A stretch of 63,989 nt of DNA, the filler included, from Myxococcota bacterium (GTDB lineage: Bacteria; Myxococcota; Myxococcia; Myxococcales; Myxococcaceae): NCBI GenBank assembly GCA_049322255.1. It is 4 parts of 4 records of this genome, joined end to end, with 100 filler letters (N's around TTAATTAATTAA, not from the genome) between each part and the next. Parts side by side here need not be neighbours in the genome. Positions count along the whole stretch, not along the records: positions 1 to 30,181 come from JBMORE010000042.1; 3 more parts are not named here. The stretch is one strand, 5' to 3'. The notes beneath the pieces are model-generated. The model ran no database searches. It saw nothing but the letters and a program-made list of their open reading frames with translations, and had not been told where the DNA came from. Made by a program: the position numbers and the translations under genes. Position 1 is the first letter of the stretch; every line of letters begins with the position of its first letter. This document shows, in pieces, positions 1 through 8,599 of the stretch.

Positions 1-123
1 TCCGGGACAGCAGTCTGCCGAGGCTTGGTCATGACCCACAGCCAAACCGAAGTGCGTGTCCCCCCACAACTTCAGCGTTCGGTATTGCTAACGAGATCGA
101 TCACTTATCGTGCGCTCGCCCTG
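1..123 (-). mobile_element. Terminal 123 bp of a multicopy insertion sequence (ISAs1-like terminus CAGGGCGAGCGCACG), cut by the contig start
   Basis: Exact reverse complement of 61998-62120 on another contig; ends in ...CGTGCGCTCGCCCTG inside a REP hairpin; possible transposase start MTKPRQTAVP at 32 (-). Family call rests only on terminus resemblance. Confidence 0.65.
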
Positions 124-140
124 CCCCAAGGGAGAGGGGG
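124..140 (+). repeat. Half REP-like hairpin (CCC-CAA-GGGAGAGGGGG) left after IS insertion
   Basis: Matches loop and right arm of the window-wide repeat consensus. Confidence 0.75.
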
Positions 141-146
141 TTTGAG

Positions 147-1181
147 ATGGCTCGAGACTCTCAACGACCGGTGACCATCGCCTTCGACGTGATGGGCAGC
201 GACTTCGGCCCCGCCGAGGTGGTCAAGGGGGCGGCACAGCTTTCGCTCGAGACCCCGCACATTCACGCCCTGCTCGTGGGCGATCGCGCGCAGATCGACG
301 CCGCGCTGGAGAAGACGCGCCACAGCGGCGAGCGGGTGGCGGTACACCATGCCGCGCAGCTCATCGGCATGGGCGAAAAGCCCGGGGAGGGCTTACGGGA
401 AAAGCCAGAGGCCTCCATCCTGACGGCGGCGAGGCTGGTGGCCGAGGGCGAAGCCCAGGCGCTGGTCTCGGCGGGCAACACGGGTGCAGGGGTGCTGGCC
501 TGCGCCCAGAGCTTCAAGCTCCTCCCCGGTGTGCGGCGCGCCGCGCTCGCCGCCGTCTACCCCACCCGTGCCACCCGCGGCGAAAAGAAAGACCCTTTCT
601 CCCTCATCCTCGATGTGGGAGCCACCGTCGTCGCCACCGCCGACGACTTGGTGGCCTTCGCGGTGATGGGGGCGGCCTACGCGAAGATCATCTCCAAAAA
701 CCCCAACCCCTCGGTGGGGCTGTTGTCGAACGGGAGCGAGGCGAACAAGGGTCCTCCCCAGGTGGTGGAGGCGCACCAGCGCCTTTCGGCGATGCGCGGA
801 CTTTCTTTCGTGGGAAACGTCGAGGGGGTGGACATTCCCAAAGGCACCGCGGACGTCATCGTGTGCGACGGCTTTACGGGCAACGTGTGCCTCAAGATGC
901 TCGAGGGCGTGCAGGAGACGGTGGTCGAGCTGGCCAGGTACGCCTACAAGGAGAAGCTCTTGTGGCGCGCCGGTCTGGCGATGCTCTCTTCGGGCATCGA
1001 GCGCATCAAGGAGGTGACCGACTGGGAGCAATACGGTGGTGCTCCGGTGCTCGGCTTCGACCGCCTCTTCATCAAGGCGCACGGACGGTCGAAGGCGCGG
1101 GCGATCGCCAACGCGGGGAAGGTGGCGGCCAAAGCGGTGGCCAACGCTCTGACGCGGGCGATCGAGGAAGGCCTGGCTTAA
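147..1181 (+). CDS. plsX: Phosphate acyltransferase PlsX paralog
   Basis: IAFDVMGSDFGP, VSAGNTGA, LDVGA, GNVEG, VCDGFTGNV.LK, YGGAPVLG, KAHGRS motifs. Confidence 0.9.
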   Translation: MARDSQRPVTIAFDVMGSDFGPAEVVKGAAQLSLETPHIHALLVGDRAQIDAALEKTRHSGERVAVHHAAQLIGMGEKPGEGLREKPEASILTAARLVAEGEAQALVSAGNTGAGVLACAQSFKLLPGVRRAALAAVYPTRATRGEKKDPFSLILDVGATVVATADDLVAFAVMGAAYAKIISKNPNPSVGLLSNGSEANKGPPQVVEAHQRLSAMRGLSFVGNVEGVDIPKGTADVIVCDGFTGNVCLKMLEGVQETVVELARYAYKEKLLWRAGLAMLSSGIERIKEVTDWEQYGGAPVLGFDRLFIKAHGRSKARAIANAGKVAAKAVANALTRAIEEGLA

Positions 1182-2225
1182 GTGAGCCTGCTGGATCGGT
1201 TCGACCCCCGCCCGCCCAAGCGCATCTACCGGTGGGACCTCGACAAGACGTACCTGCGCACCGAATTCGACTCCTTTCGCGAGCTCGTACGCACCGCGAT
1301 GCAGAAGGCGCACGAGAAGGTGGCGGTGCCGGGAGCCTCGGCGTTGATTCGGGAGCTGCGCGCCAACGGCGACACCCGGCTGTGCATCGTCTCCGGCAGC
1401 CCCACCCAGATGCGAGCGGTGCTGGCGGAGAAGCTCAAGCTCGACGGGGTGGAGTTCGACGAGCTGGTGCTCAAGGACAACGTCCGTAACCTCTTGCGCG
1501 GGCGGTTCCGGGCGCTCAAGGGGCAGGTGGGCTACAAGCTGCCGGTGCTGCTCGAGTCGCGCGCGCGCTCGCCGATCGACGCCGAGGAGGTGCTCTTCGG
1601 CGACGACGCCGAGGCTGACGCGTTCATCTACTCGCTCTACGCCGACATGGTGGCCGGCCGGGTGAGCGAGGAGGTGGTGCACCAGGTGTTCGAGGCCGCC
1701 CAAGTCTACCCGGACAACGCCGCGCGGGCGTTGGACGCTTGGAGGCGCACCGCACGCGCCGATCCGGTACGGCGCATCTTCATTCACTTGGACCGGCTCA
1801 CTCCCCCGGCGCACTTTGCCCGCTACGGGCCGCGGGTGGTGCCGGTGTTCAACTACTTTCAGGCGGCGCTGGTGCTGATGGCCGACGGGCACCTCTCGGC
1901 GCCGCAGGTGGTGAAGGTGGCGGCGGAGATGGTGCAGACCGCCGGGTACAACCTCTTCACCCTCTCCAACTCCTTCCAAGACTTGGTGCGCCGCGGGCTG
2001 CCGCTGCAAGACGTGGCGGCGACGCTCACCCAGGCGCTGCAGGGGCCCAGCGCGCTGGTGGCGGCGTTTCGGCCGCTGCCCGACATTCTTTCCGCCTTCA
2101 CCAAGCGCCTCGCCGCGCTGGGCGCCACCCCGCCGCCGCCCAAACCCAAGGAGATCGACTACCTCACCTTGATGGACGACGCCCGCCCTCGTAAGCCCTC
2201 TGCCCGTGGGAGAGGGGAAGGGTGA
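1182..2225 (+). CDS. HAD-like phosphatase, App1/DUF2183 phosphatidate-phosphatase-like
   Basis: WDLDKT (DxD) motif, VSGSP, LFGDDAEAD; directly follows the plsX paralog; stop lies inside a REP. Confidence 0.65.
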   Translation: MSLLDRFDPRPPKRIYRWDLDKTYLRTEFDSFRELVRTAMQKAHEKVAVPGASALIRELRANGDTRLCIVSGSPTQMRAVLAEKLKLDGVEFDELVLKDNVRNLLRGRFRALKGQVGYKLPVLLESRARSPIDAEEVLFGDDAEADAFIYSLYADMVAGRVSEEVVHQVFEAAQVYPDNAARALDAWRRTARADPVRRIFIHLDRLTPPAHFARYGPRVVPVFNYFQAALVLMADGHLSAPQVVKVAAEMVQTAGYNLFTLSNSFQDLVRRGLPLQDVAATLTQALQGPSALVAAFRPLPDILSAFTKRLAALGATPPPPKPKEIDYLTLMDDARPRKPSARGRGEG

Positions 2226-2277
2226 GGGGCGTCAATTCGGGCCCCTCACCCCAACCCTCTCCCAGAGGGAGAGGGGG
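2196..2277. repeat. Inverted REP doublet (REPIN-like), copies 2196-2229 and 2242-2277
   Basis: CCCTCTGCCCGTGGGAGAGGGGAAGGGTGAGGGG-12nt-CCCCTCACCCCAACCCTCTCCCAGAGGGAGAGGGGG; contains stops of both convergent genes. Confidence 0.9.
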
Positions 2278-3274
2278 CCTCGGCCCGGGGGCTCAAGGGA
2301 CGGTCGCGGGGAAGGTAGCCTTCCTCCTGAAACCAGCGGTACGCCTCGCGCACCCCCAAGCGAACGGGCCTTGGCAGGTAACCCAGCTCGCGGGCCGCCT
2401 TCGCCGAGGAGTAGTACGCCGGGCGGAACATCGCCGTAAGGAACGCGGGGGCCAACATCCGGGGTGACGTGGAAGCGAGGTGCGCAAGGAAGCTGGTCGC
2501 GCGGGTGAGCTTCTCGGAGAGCGGAACCCAAGGTGGCCGAACGCCTGCCTCCTCGGCACAGATGCAAAGCAGCTGGCGGTAGGTGAGGTTCTCGCCGCCG
2601 AGAATGTAGCGTTCACCCGCGCGGCCGTGTTCCAGCGCCAGGAAGAGCCCTTGCGCTACGTCAGCGGCATGCACGAAGTTGGTGCCTCCGCTGGGGTAGA
2701 CCGCCAGCCACCCCTGGGCGACCGCCAAGAGCAGCTCGCCCGAGGTGGGGCGCACGTCGTACGGCCCGATGACGAAGCTCGGGTTGGCCACCACCACCTC
2801 GAGCCCATCGCCCCCGCCCGCCAGCGCCAACCGTTCCGCCTCGAGCTTGCTTTGGGCGTAGGGCCCGCCGGCGCGCTCGCAAGGCGAGTCTTCGGTCGCC
2901 GGATCGGCCAGCGTCCCGGGAGAAATCGTCGCCACGCTGGAGACGTGGAGGAGCCGCCGAACCCCGGAGGCGCGCGCGGCTTCGAGCACGGCGCGGGTGC
3001 CCTCGACGTTCACCCGAAAAAGCTCCTTTGCCGCGGCATCCTCCAGCCGCACCAGCCCCGCGGCGTGAACGACACAAGTGGCGCCTTCCATCGCCCGCCG
3101 CAGCGAGGCCCCATCGAGCACATCGCCCAAGCACTCGTCGAAGGACAGCCCGGAAAGCCCACGGCGGTCGGAGCGCTCGCGCACCAACACCCGCGGCCGT
3201 ACACCGGCCCGGGCCAGCCGATGGGCCAGGTTGGCGCCCAAAAGGCCCGTGGCTCCGGTGATGAGGACAGACAC
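2246..3274 (-). CDS. NAD-dependent epimerase/dehydratase (HpnA/dihydroflavonol reductase-like SDR)
   Basis: ITGATGLLG Rossmann motif, VHAAG, YAQSK catalytic motif. Confidence 0.85.
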   Translation of the reverse strand: MSVLITGATGLLGANLAHRLARAGVRPRVLVRERSDRRGLSGLSFDECLGDVLDGASLRRAMEGATCVVHAAGLVRLEDAAAKELFRVNVEGTRAVLEAARASGVRRLLHVSSVATISPGTLADPATEDSPCERAGGPYAQSKLEAERLALAGGGDGLEVVVANPSFVIGPYDVRPTSGELLLAVAQGWLAVYPSGGTNFVHAADVAQGLFLALEHGRAGERYILGGENLTYRQLLCICAEEAGVRPPWVPLSEKLTRATSFLAHLASTSPRMLAPAFLTAMFRPAYYSSAKAARELGYLPRPVRLGVREAYRWFQEEGYLPRDRPLSPRAEAPSPSGRGLG

Positions 3275-3343
3275 GCACGCTCCCGAGAGTTGGGGTATAG
3301 ACGGGCCCGCTTAGAGCGCTCCTGATGGGAGCGTCAACCGCGA

Positions 3344-4825
3344 ATGACGCGAGACTCCACGGCGCCTCCTTCGGTGGGCGCCCCACCCGAGCCAGCCTCG
3401 GCAGACATCGAGAAGGCGTCGCAGGTCGTGCCAGAGGCCGGCCCGGTCGGGGAGCGCCCTGATACATCCGGCTTCGACCCGTACCACCCCACCTCGGGCG
3501 AGCCCCCGGAGATCGACCCCGCCGAGCTCGACCCCGACGCGCTCAAGGTCGTCTTCCGCCTGCGCCAGCACGGGCACCAGGCGTACCTGGTGGGCGGTTG
3601 CGTGCGTGATTTGCTGCTGGGCGGGCGGCCGAAGGACTTCGACATCGCCACCAGCGCCCACCCCGGTGAGGTGCGCGCCATCTTTCGCAATTGCCGTCTG
3701 ATTGGCCGTCGCTTCCGCCTCGCCCACATCTACTTCAAGGGGGGGAAGATCATCGAGGTCTCTACCTTCCGCGCCAACCCCACCGAAGTGGAGGAGGTGC
3801 AGGCCGAGCTCGAGGGGGTCGACGGGGGCGAACAACCCAACGGAGCGGTAGGGGGCGAGGTGGAGGAGGACCTGCTCATCACCCACGACAACGTCTTCGG
3901 TACCGCCGAGCAGGACGCCCGCCGGCGCGATTTCACCATCAACGGGCTCTTCTACGACCCGGCGGCGGGGAAGGTGATCGACTACGTGCGCGGGGTACGC
4001 GACCTGCGCCTGCGCTCGATTCGCACCATCGGGGACGCAGAGGTGCGCATGCGCGAAGACCCGGTGCGCATCCTCCGGGCGGTGCGCTTCTCCTGCAAGC
4101 TGGGCCTGGACATCGAGTCGAGCACCTACGCGGCGATGGAAGGTGCGGTGGAAGATCTGCTTCGCTGCGCTCCCCCCCGGCTTTTGGAAGAGACTTTTCG
4201 CCTCATCCGCGGGGGGGCTTCTGCCCCTTGCATCCGGCTTTTGGCCGCGCTCGATGCGCTGAAGGTGCTCCTGTCGCCGATCGACGAGTACCTTCGCCGC
4301 GGCCCCGAGGAGGAGGCGACCTTCTTCTCCCACGCCGCCGCCCTCGATCGGCGGGTCGCGGCGGGTGAGGCGATGGACGACGGCATGCTTCTGGCGGTGC
4401 TCTTGTTGCCCATCAGCCGCGCTGCACCCGAGGCGCCGGTGGAGGAGGGAGGCAGACCGTCGGTGGCCGAAGCGATCGAGCAGCTGCTCTCCGAGTTGGT
4501 GCGCACGGCCCGCCTGCCCAGGCGAATCGCCGAGCGCTGCCGAGTCATTCTCATCGCTCAACGCACCCTCTCCGGCGAGCGCAGGCGGCGCGGGCCGCCA
4601 GGTGCGTTCCGCCGGCACCCGCTGTTCAACGAGGCGCTGACGGTATTCGAGATTTCCGTCGAGGCCACCGGTCGGTTCCAAGAAGCGCTGGCCGCGTGGA
4701 AGGCAGGGGCCGCCCCGGAGCCCCAGCCAGGCGCAGAGGGCGCTGGCCGTCGCAGGCGTCGCCGCCGTCGACGTCGCGCAGGAGCACGCTCCGCTTTTCC
4801 GAGCAACGCAGGCGAGGACGCGTAA
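3344..4825 (+). CDS. pcnB: Poly(A) polymerase I
   Basis: LVGGCVRDLLLG..PKDFDIAT, PAP signature LIGRRFRLAHI, RRDFTIN, EDPVRILRA. Confidence 0.9.
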   Translation: MTRDSTAPPSVGAPPEPASADIEKASQVVPEAGPVGERPDTSGFDPYHPTSGEPPEIDPAELDPDALKVVFRLRQHGHQAYLVGGCVRDLLLGGRPKDFDIATSAHPGEVRAIFRNCRLIGRRFRLAHIYFKGGKIIEVSTFRANPTEVEEVQAELEGVDGGEQPNGAVGGEVEEDLLITHDNVFGTAEQDARRRDFTINGLFYDPAAGKVIDYVRGVRDLRLRSIRTIGDAEVRMREDPVRILRAVRFSCKLGLDIESSTYAAMEGAVEDLLRCAPPRLLEETFRLIRGGASAPCIRLLAALDALKVLLSPIDEYLRRGPEEEATFFSHAAALDRRVAAGEAMDDGMLLAVLLLPISRAAPEAPVEEGGRPSVAEAIEQLLSELVRTARLPRRIAERCRVILIAQRTLSGERRRRGPPGAFRRHPLFNEALTVFEISVEATGRFQEALAAWKAGAAPEPQPGAEGAGRRRRRRRRRRAGARSAFPSNAGEDA

Positions 4826-4829
4826 CTCT

Positions 4830-4863
4830 CCCCTCACCCCCGCCCTCTTCCCAAGGGAGAGGG
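4830..4863 (+). repeat. REP-like hairpin containing the dinB stop
   Basis: CCCCTCACCCCCGCCCTCTTCCCAAGGGAGAGGG. Confidence 0.85.
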
Positions 4864-6036
4864 TGTGCGGTCGAAGCGGCGGTGCTCATCGTCGTCCTTC
4901 AGGTCAGCGGTGACCACCGCGCGCGAGCCGAAGCGCTCGGCGATGCGGTCGAGCGTTCGATTGAGGCGCTGGGCTCGGTTCGGCGCTGCGTCGAAGAGGC
5001 CCAGCTGGCCGTCGCCTCCTAAGTCTTGCGCCGAGACGCCCGTGAGCCGCACCTTCTTTTCGAGGCGGACTTTGGCGAGCAGGGCGCACGCCTCCCGGTA
5101 GAGGGTTTGCCCGTCGTCGGTGGGCTCGTCGAGGGTGGCGCGGCGGGTGAGGAGCGTGAAGTCGGCGTACTTGATTTTGAGCTGCACCACGCGCGTCTTC
5201 ACCCCGGCGCGGCGCAGGCGGCGGCCGACCCGCAGCGCCTGGCCGTGCAGATGGGGAGTGAGCGCGTCCGCCCCGGCGAGATCCCCGTCGAAGGTGTCTT
5301 CAGCCCCGATCGACTTGGCCTGGCGGTCGGGTACCACCGCGCGCTCGTCGATGCCATGGCTCAGCTCCCACAAGTGGCGCCCGCCGCCGCCCAGCTCGTC
5401 CTCCAGCCACTGCGGTGTTTGGGCGGCGACGTCTCCCACGGTGCGCAGTCCCAACGCACGCAGCGCCTCCTCCCCTTTCGGACCTACCCCCCACAGGCGG
5501 CCGACGGAAAGCGGCGCCAAGAAGGCTCGTTCTTCACCCGGACGAACCTCCTTTTGCCCGTTGGGTTTGGCGAGGTCGGAGACGATCTTCGCCAGGAATT
5601 TGGAGGGCGCGATGCCGGCCGACGCGGTCAGCCCCGTCTCGGCGGTGATGCGTGCTCGCAGGTGCGCGGCGATTTGCGCCGGAGCGCCGAAGAGCCGCTG
5701 CGAGGCGGTGACGTCGAGGAAGGCCTCGTCGAGCGAGAGCGGCTCGACCAGCGGGGTGACGGACTCGAAGAGGGAGAAGACGTGGTCGCTGGCGTCGGCG
5801 TAGGCCGCCGGCCGGGGTGGAACCACCACGGCGTGCGGGGCCAGCTTCAGCGCGCGCGACATGGGCATCGCGCTCTTCACCCCGAACGGGCGTACCTCGT
5901 AGGAAGCGGCGAGCACCACCCCGCGGGTGGGGTGACCGCCGACGATGACCGGTTTGCCGCGCAGAGAGGGGTCATCGCGCTGCTCCACCGAGGCGTAGAA
6001 GGCGTCCATGTCGATGTGCAAGATGGCGCGCGGCAC
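4834..6036 (-). CDS. dinB: DNA polymerase IV
   Basis: HIDMDAFYASVE, SYEVR.FGV.SAM, SLDEAFLD, AKIVSD..KPNG. Confidence 0.95.
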   Translation of the reverse strand: MPRAILHIDMDAFYASVEQRDDPSLRGKPVIVGGHPTRGVVLAASYEVRPFGVKSAMPMSRALKLAPHAVVVPPRPAAYADASDHVFSLFESVTPLVEPLSLDEAFLDVTASQRLFGAPAQIAAHLRARITAETGLTASAGIAPSKFLAKIVSDLAKPNGQKEVRPGEERAFLAPLSVGRLWGVGPKGEEALRALGLRTVGDVAAQTPQWLEDELGGGGRHLWELSHGIDERAVVPDRQAKSIGAEDTFDGDLAGADALTPHLHGQALRVGRRLRRAGVKTRVVQLKIKYADFTLLTRRATLDEPTDDGQTLYREACALLAKVRLEKKVRLTGVSAQDLGGDGQLGLFDAAPNRAQRLNRTLDRIAERFGSRAVVTADLKDDDEHRRFDRTPSPLGRGRG

Positions 6037-6102
6037 GCGAAGGACACTCTAGCGCCTTCGATGGTCCCTGCTGCGGAACCTACGCCGCCAGCGGCTCGTC
6101 AT

Positions 6103-7677
6103 TCAGGCGACGGGCTTGGTCGCCCGTCTCCGCTCCGCGCGCGCCTTCAAATTCTGCTGCTCGAGAAACGCCGCGCGCCGAAGGTGGGCGCGCACCAACC
6201 CCACCAGCTCGTCGGGATGGTAGGGCTTGCGAATGAAATCGTCTCCGCCTGCGGCCAACCCCTCCAGGCGCTCGTCGAAGGAAGTCGAGGAGGAGAGGAA
6301 GAGAATGGGGAGGAACGGCCGCTGTGTGCAGCGCTCACGCAGGGTACGGCACAGCTCGAGGCCGTTCACCCCCGGCATGTGAATGTCGAGGAGAACGAGA
6401 TCGGGCAACCGGTTCTCGATGAGCGCCAGCGCCTCCCGGGCCGACGCGCAGTGCAAGACCGGGAAGCCGGACGATTCGAGGTGCGCGCCGATGAACTCAC
6501 GGCTGATCTCCGAGTCGTCCACCGAGAGCACGCTGGCACCCTCCACCGAGGGTTCGGCGGAAGGGGCAGGCTCGGGCTCGGGCGGTGGGGCGACTTCCGA
6601 CAGGCGAATCACCCCGGTGGGCAAGGGGCCGTACACCTCTGTGTGGCCGCTCACCGGGGCCGCATAGTGAGCGGTGACAGCGGTCGGCGCGGGTAAAAGA
6701 GCGCCACTGAGCTTGGCAGCTGCGGTCTGCATCGCGGTGAGGCCGGAGCTGGCGGAGGCGAGGAGCGCCTGGGCGTGGTCCATCTGGTCTTTGAAGAGCC
6801 CGCGTAGGAAAGCGGCGACGTCCTCTTCGGTGGCCATCAACGAGGGAACGGCGGCGGAGATTGCCCGCGCCATCGCCGCCGCGTTGGGGAAACGCGCCTC
6901 GGGGTTCCGGTGCAGCGCGGTCATCACCACGTCGGAAAGCGCGCGCGGCACCCCCGGGTTCGCGGCGATGGGCGCGGGAATCTCGTCTCGTAAAATTCCG
7001 CGGAAGGTGAGCAGCTCCGAGCCTCGTTTGAACAGTGGCCGCCCGGTGAGCAGCTCGTGCAGCACCACGCCGGCGGAAAAAAGGTCGGAGCGCGGGTCGA
7101 GCGGTGCACCGCGGGCCTGCTCGGGGGACATGTAGCCATGACTGCCCTTGATGTTGCCCGTGGACGTTCGCGAGAGGCTGCCCTTGGCCTTGGCCACCCC
7201 GAAATCGATCACCTTCACCTTCCCCTCGTAGGTGAGCATCACGTTGTTGGGGGAGATGTCGCGGTGGATGATCGGCGACGGCTCTCCGCTTTGCAGGGTG
7301 AGCTCGTGGGCGTGCTGCAAGGCCTTGCAGAGGTCGCGCCCGACCATCGCCGCGACCCCGATGGGGAAAGGGCGCTTCATCTTCTGGCAGGTGCGCAAGA
7401 TGGAGCTCAGGCTCTGGCCGGAGATGAACTCCATGGCGATGAACAGCTCGCCGCCCTCCTGCCCGAGCTCGTACACCTGCGCGATGTTGGGGTGAGAAAG
7501 CGAGGCGCTGATGCGCGACTCGTCGACGAACATGCGCACGAACTCGTCGAAGTCGCGCAGGTCGGGGAGGATGCGCTTGATCGTCACCAGGCCGCGGTTC
7601 TCGGTGGTGGCGAGGAAAATCTCCGCCATGCCGCCGACGGAGAGACGCGAAAGGAGCTGGTAGCGGCCGAGGCGCAT
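6103..7677 (-). CDS. Ser/Thr protein kinase fused to a C-terminal receiver domain
   Basis: GGMAEIF, HRDISPNN, DFG, YMSPEQ; C-terminal VDD...LLDIHMP...KPY. Confidence 0.9.
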   Translation of the reverse strand: MRLGRYQLLSRLSVGGMAEIFLATTENRGLVTIKRILPDLRDFDEFVRMFVDESRISASLSHPNIAQVYELGQEGGELFIAMEFISGQSLSSILRTCQKMKRPFPIGVAAMVGRDLCKALQHAHELTLQSGEPSPIIHRDISPNNVMLTYEGKVKVIDFGVAKAKGSLSRTSTGNIKGSHGYMSPEQARGAPLDPRSDLFSAGVVLHELLTGRPLFKRGSELLTFRGILRDEIPAPIAANPGVPRALSDVVMTALHRNPEARFPNAAAMARAISAAVPSLMATEEDVAAFLRGLFKDQMDHAQALLASASSGLTAMQTAAAKLSGALLPAPTAVTAHYAAPVSGHTEVYGPLPTGVIRLSEVAPPPEPEPAPSAEPSVEGASVLSVDDSEISREFIGAHLESSGFPVLHCASAREALALIENRLPDLVLLDIHMPGVNGLELCRTLRERCTQRPFLPILFLSSSTSFDERLEGLAAGGDDFIRKPYHPDELVGLVRAHLRRAAFLEQQNLKARAERRRATKPVA

Positions 7678-7684
7678 GGGGTTT

Positions 7685-8599
7685 TCAGTCTAATCGCAGC
7701 CGATGGGTCTCCAAACAGGCAGCCAGCTCGGCAGGCAGCGGGCTTTCCACGGTCACTTGCCGACCGGTGGAAGGGTGTGCCAGCGCGAGCGAGCGCGCGT
7801 GGAGGAAGAAGCGCGTCAGCGCCGGCTCGGCCCGCCCGCCGTAGCGCACATCGCCCACGATGGGGGCGCCGATGGCCGCCAGGTGGGCACGCACCTGGTG
7901 CAGAACCCCGGTGAGAATGCGCACCTCCACCAGCGAAAACTCTCCTTGGCGCGCCAACACCCGGAAGGAGGAAATCGCCTCGCGCGCGTCCTCTCCATCG
8001 GCCGCGGGCTCCACTCGGTCGCCGTGGTGCCGCAGCGCCAGCTCGATTTCGCCGGCATCGGCGATCGGCCCGGTCACCAGCGCCCAGTAACGCTTGTCCA
8101 CCTTTCGCTCGGCAAAGGCAGCCCGCACCTTCTCCCACGCGGCGCGGTTCCTGGCGGCCAGGAGCACCCCGGAGGTCTCCACGTCGAGCCGGTGGCACAA
8201 GCCCGCCTCGCGTGGATCCTCCGAGGCGTCGGCGCACTCGGGGTAGCGGGCCACCAGCGCATTGGCCACCGTGCCCTTCTCACCGCTCGCCAACGGGTGC
8301 GAAGGGCGGCGCGCCGGCTTGTCGAGAAAGAGAAGGTCGGCGTCCTCGTGCAGGACGGTGAGGGGCGCTTGCGGCTCGGGCACCGGCGCCCGCGGGCCCT
8401 CTTCCTCCACTTCGATGGCCACCGACTGCCCCGGGGTGACGAGCTGCCCCTTCTTGGCTTTGCGTCCGTCGACGCGCACGGCTCCCGCCTCGAAGAGCGC
8501 CTTGAGCTTGGCCCGCGACGCGGCCAGGGCCTCGCCCACGAAGAGATCGAGCCGCTTGCCGGCAGCTTCTGGCGGTACGGTGAGCTCGCGATGGGCCAT
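7685..8599 (-). CDS. RluA-family pseudouridine synthase with S4 domain
   Basis: RLD S4 motif, DKPA, HRLDVETSG, TG..HQVRAHLA, GDVRYG; ATG overlaps the kinase stop. Confidence 0.9.
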   Translation of the reverse strand: MAHRELTVPPEAAGKRLDLFVGEALAASRAKLKALFEAGAVRVDGRKAKKGQLVTPGQSVAIEVEEEGPRAPVPEPQAPLTVLHEDADLLFLDKPARRPSHPLASGEKGTVANALVARYPECADASEDPREAGLCHRLDVETSGVLLAARNRAAWEKVRAAFAERKVDKRYWALVTGPIADAGEIELALRHHGDRVEPAADGEDAREAISSFRVLARQGEFSLVEVRILTGVLHQVRAHLAAIGAPIVGDVRYGGRAEPALTRFFLHARSLALAHPSTGRQVTVESPLPAELAACLETHRLRLD

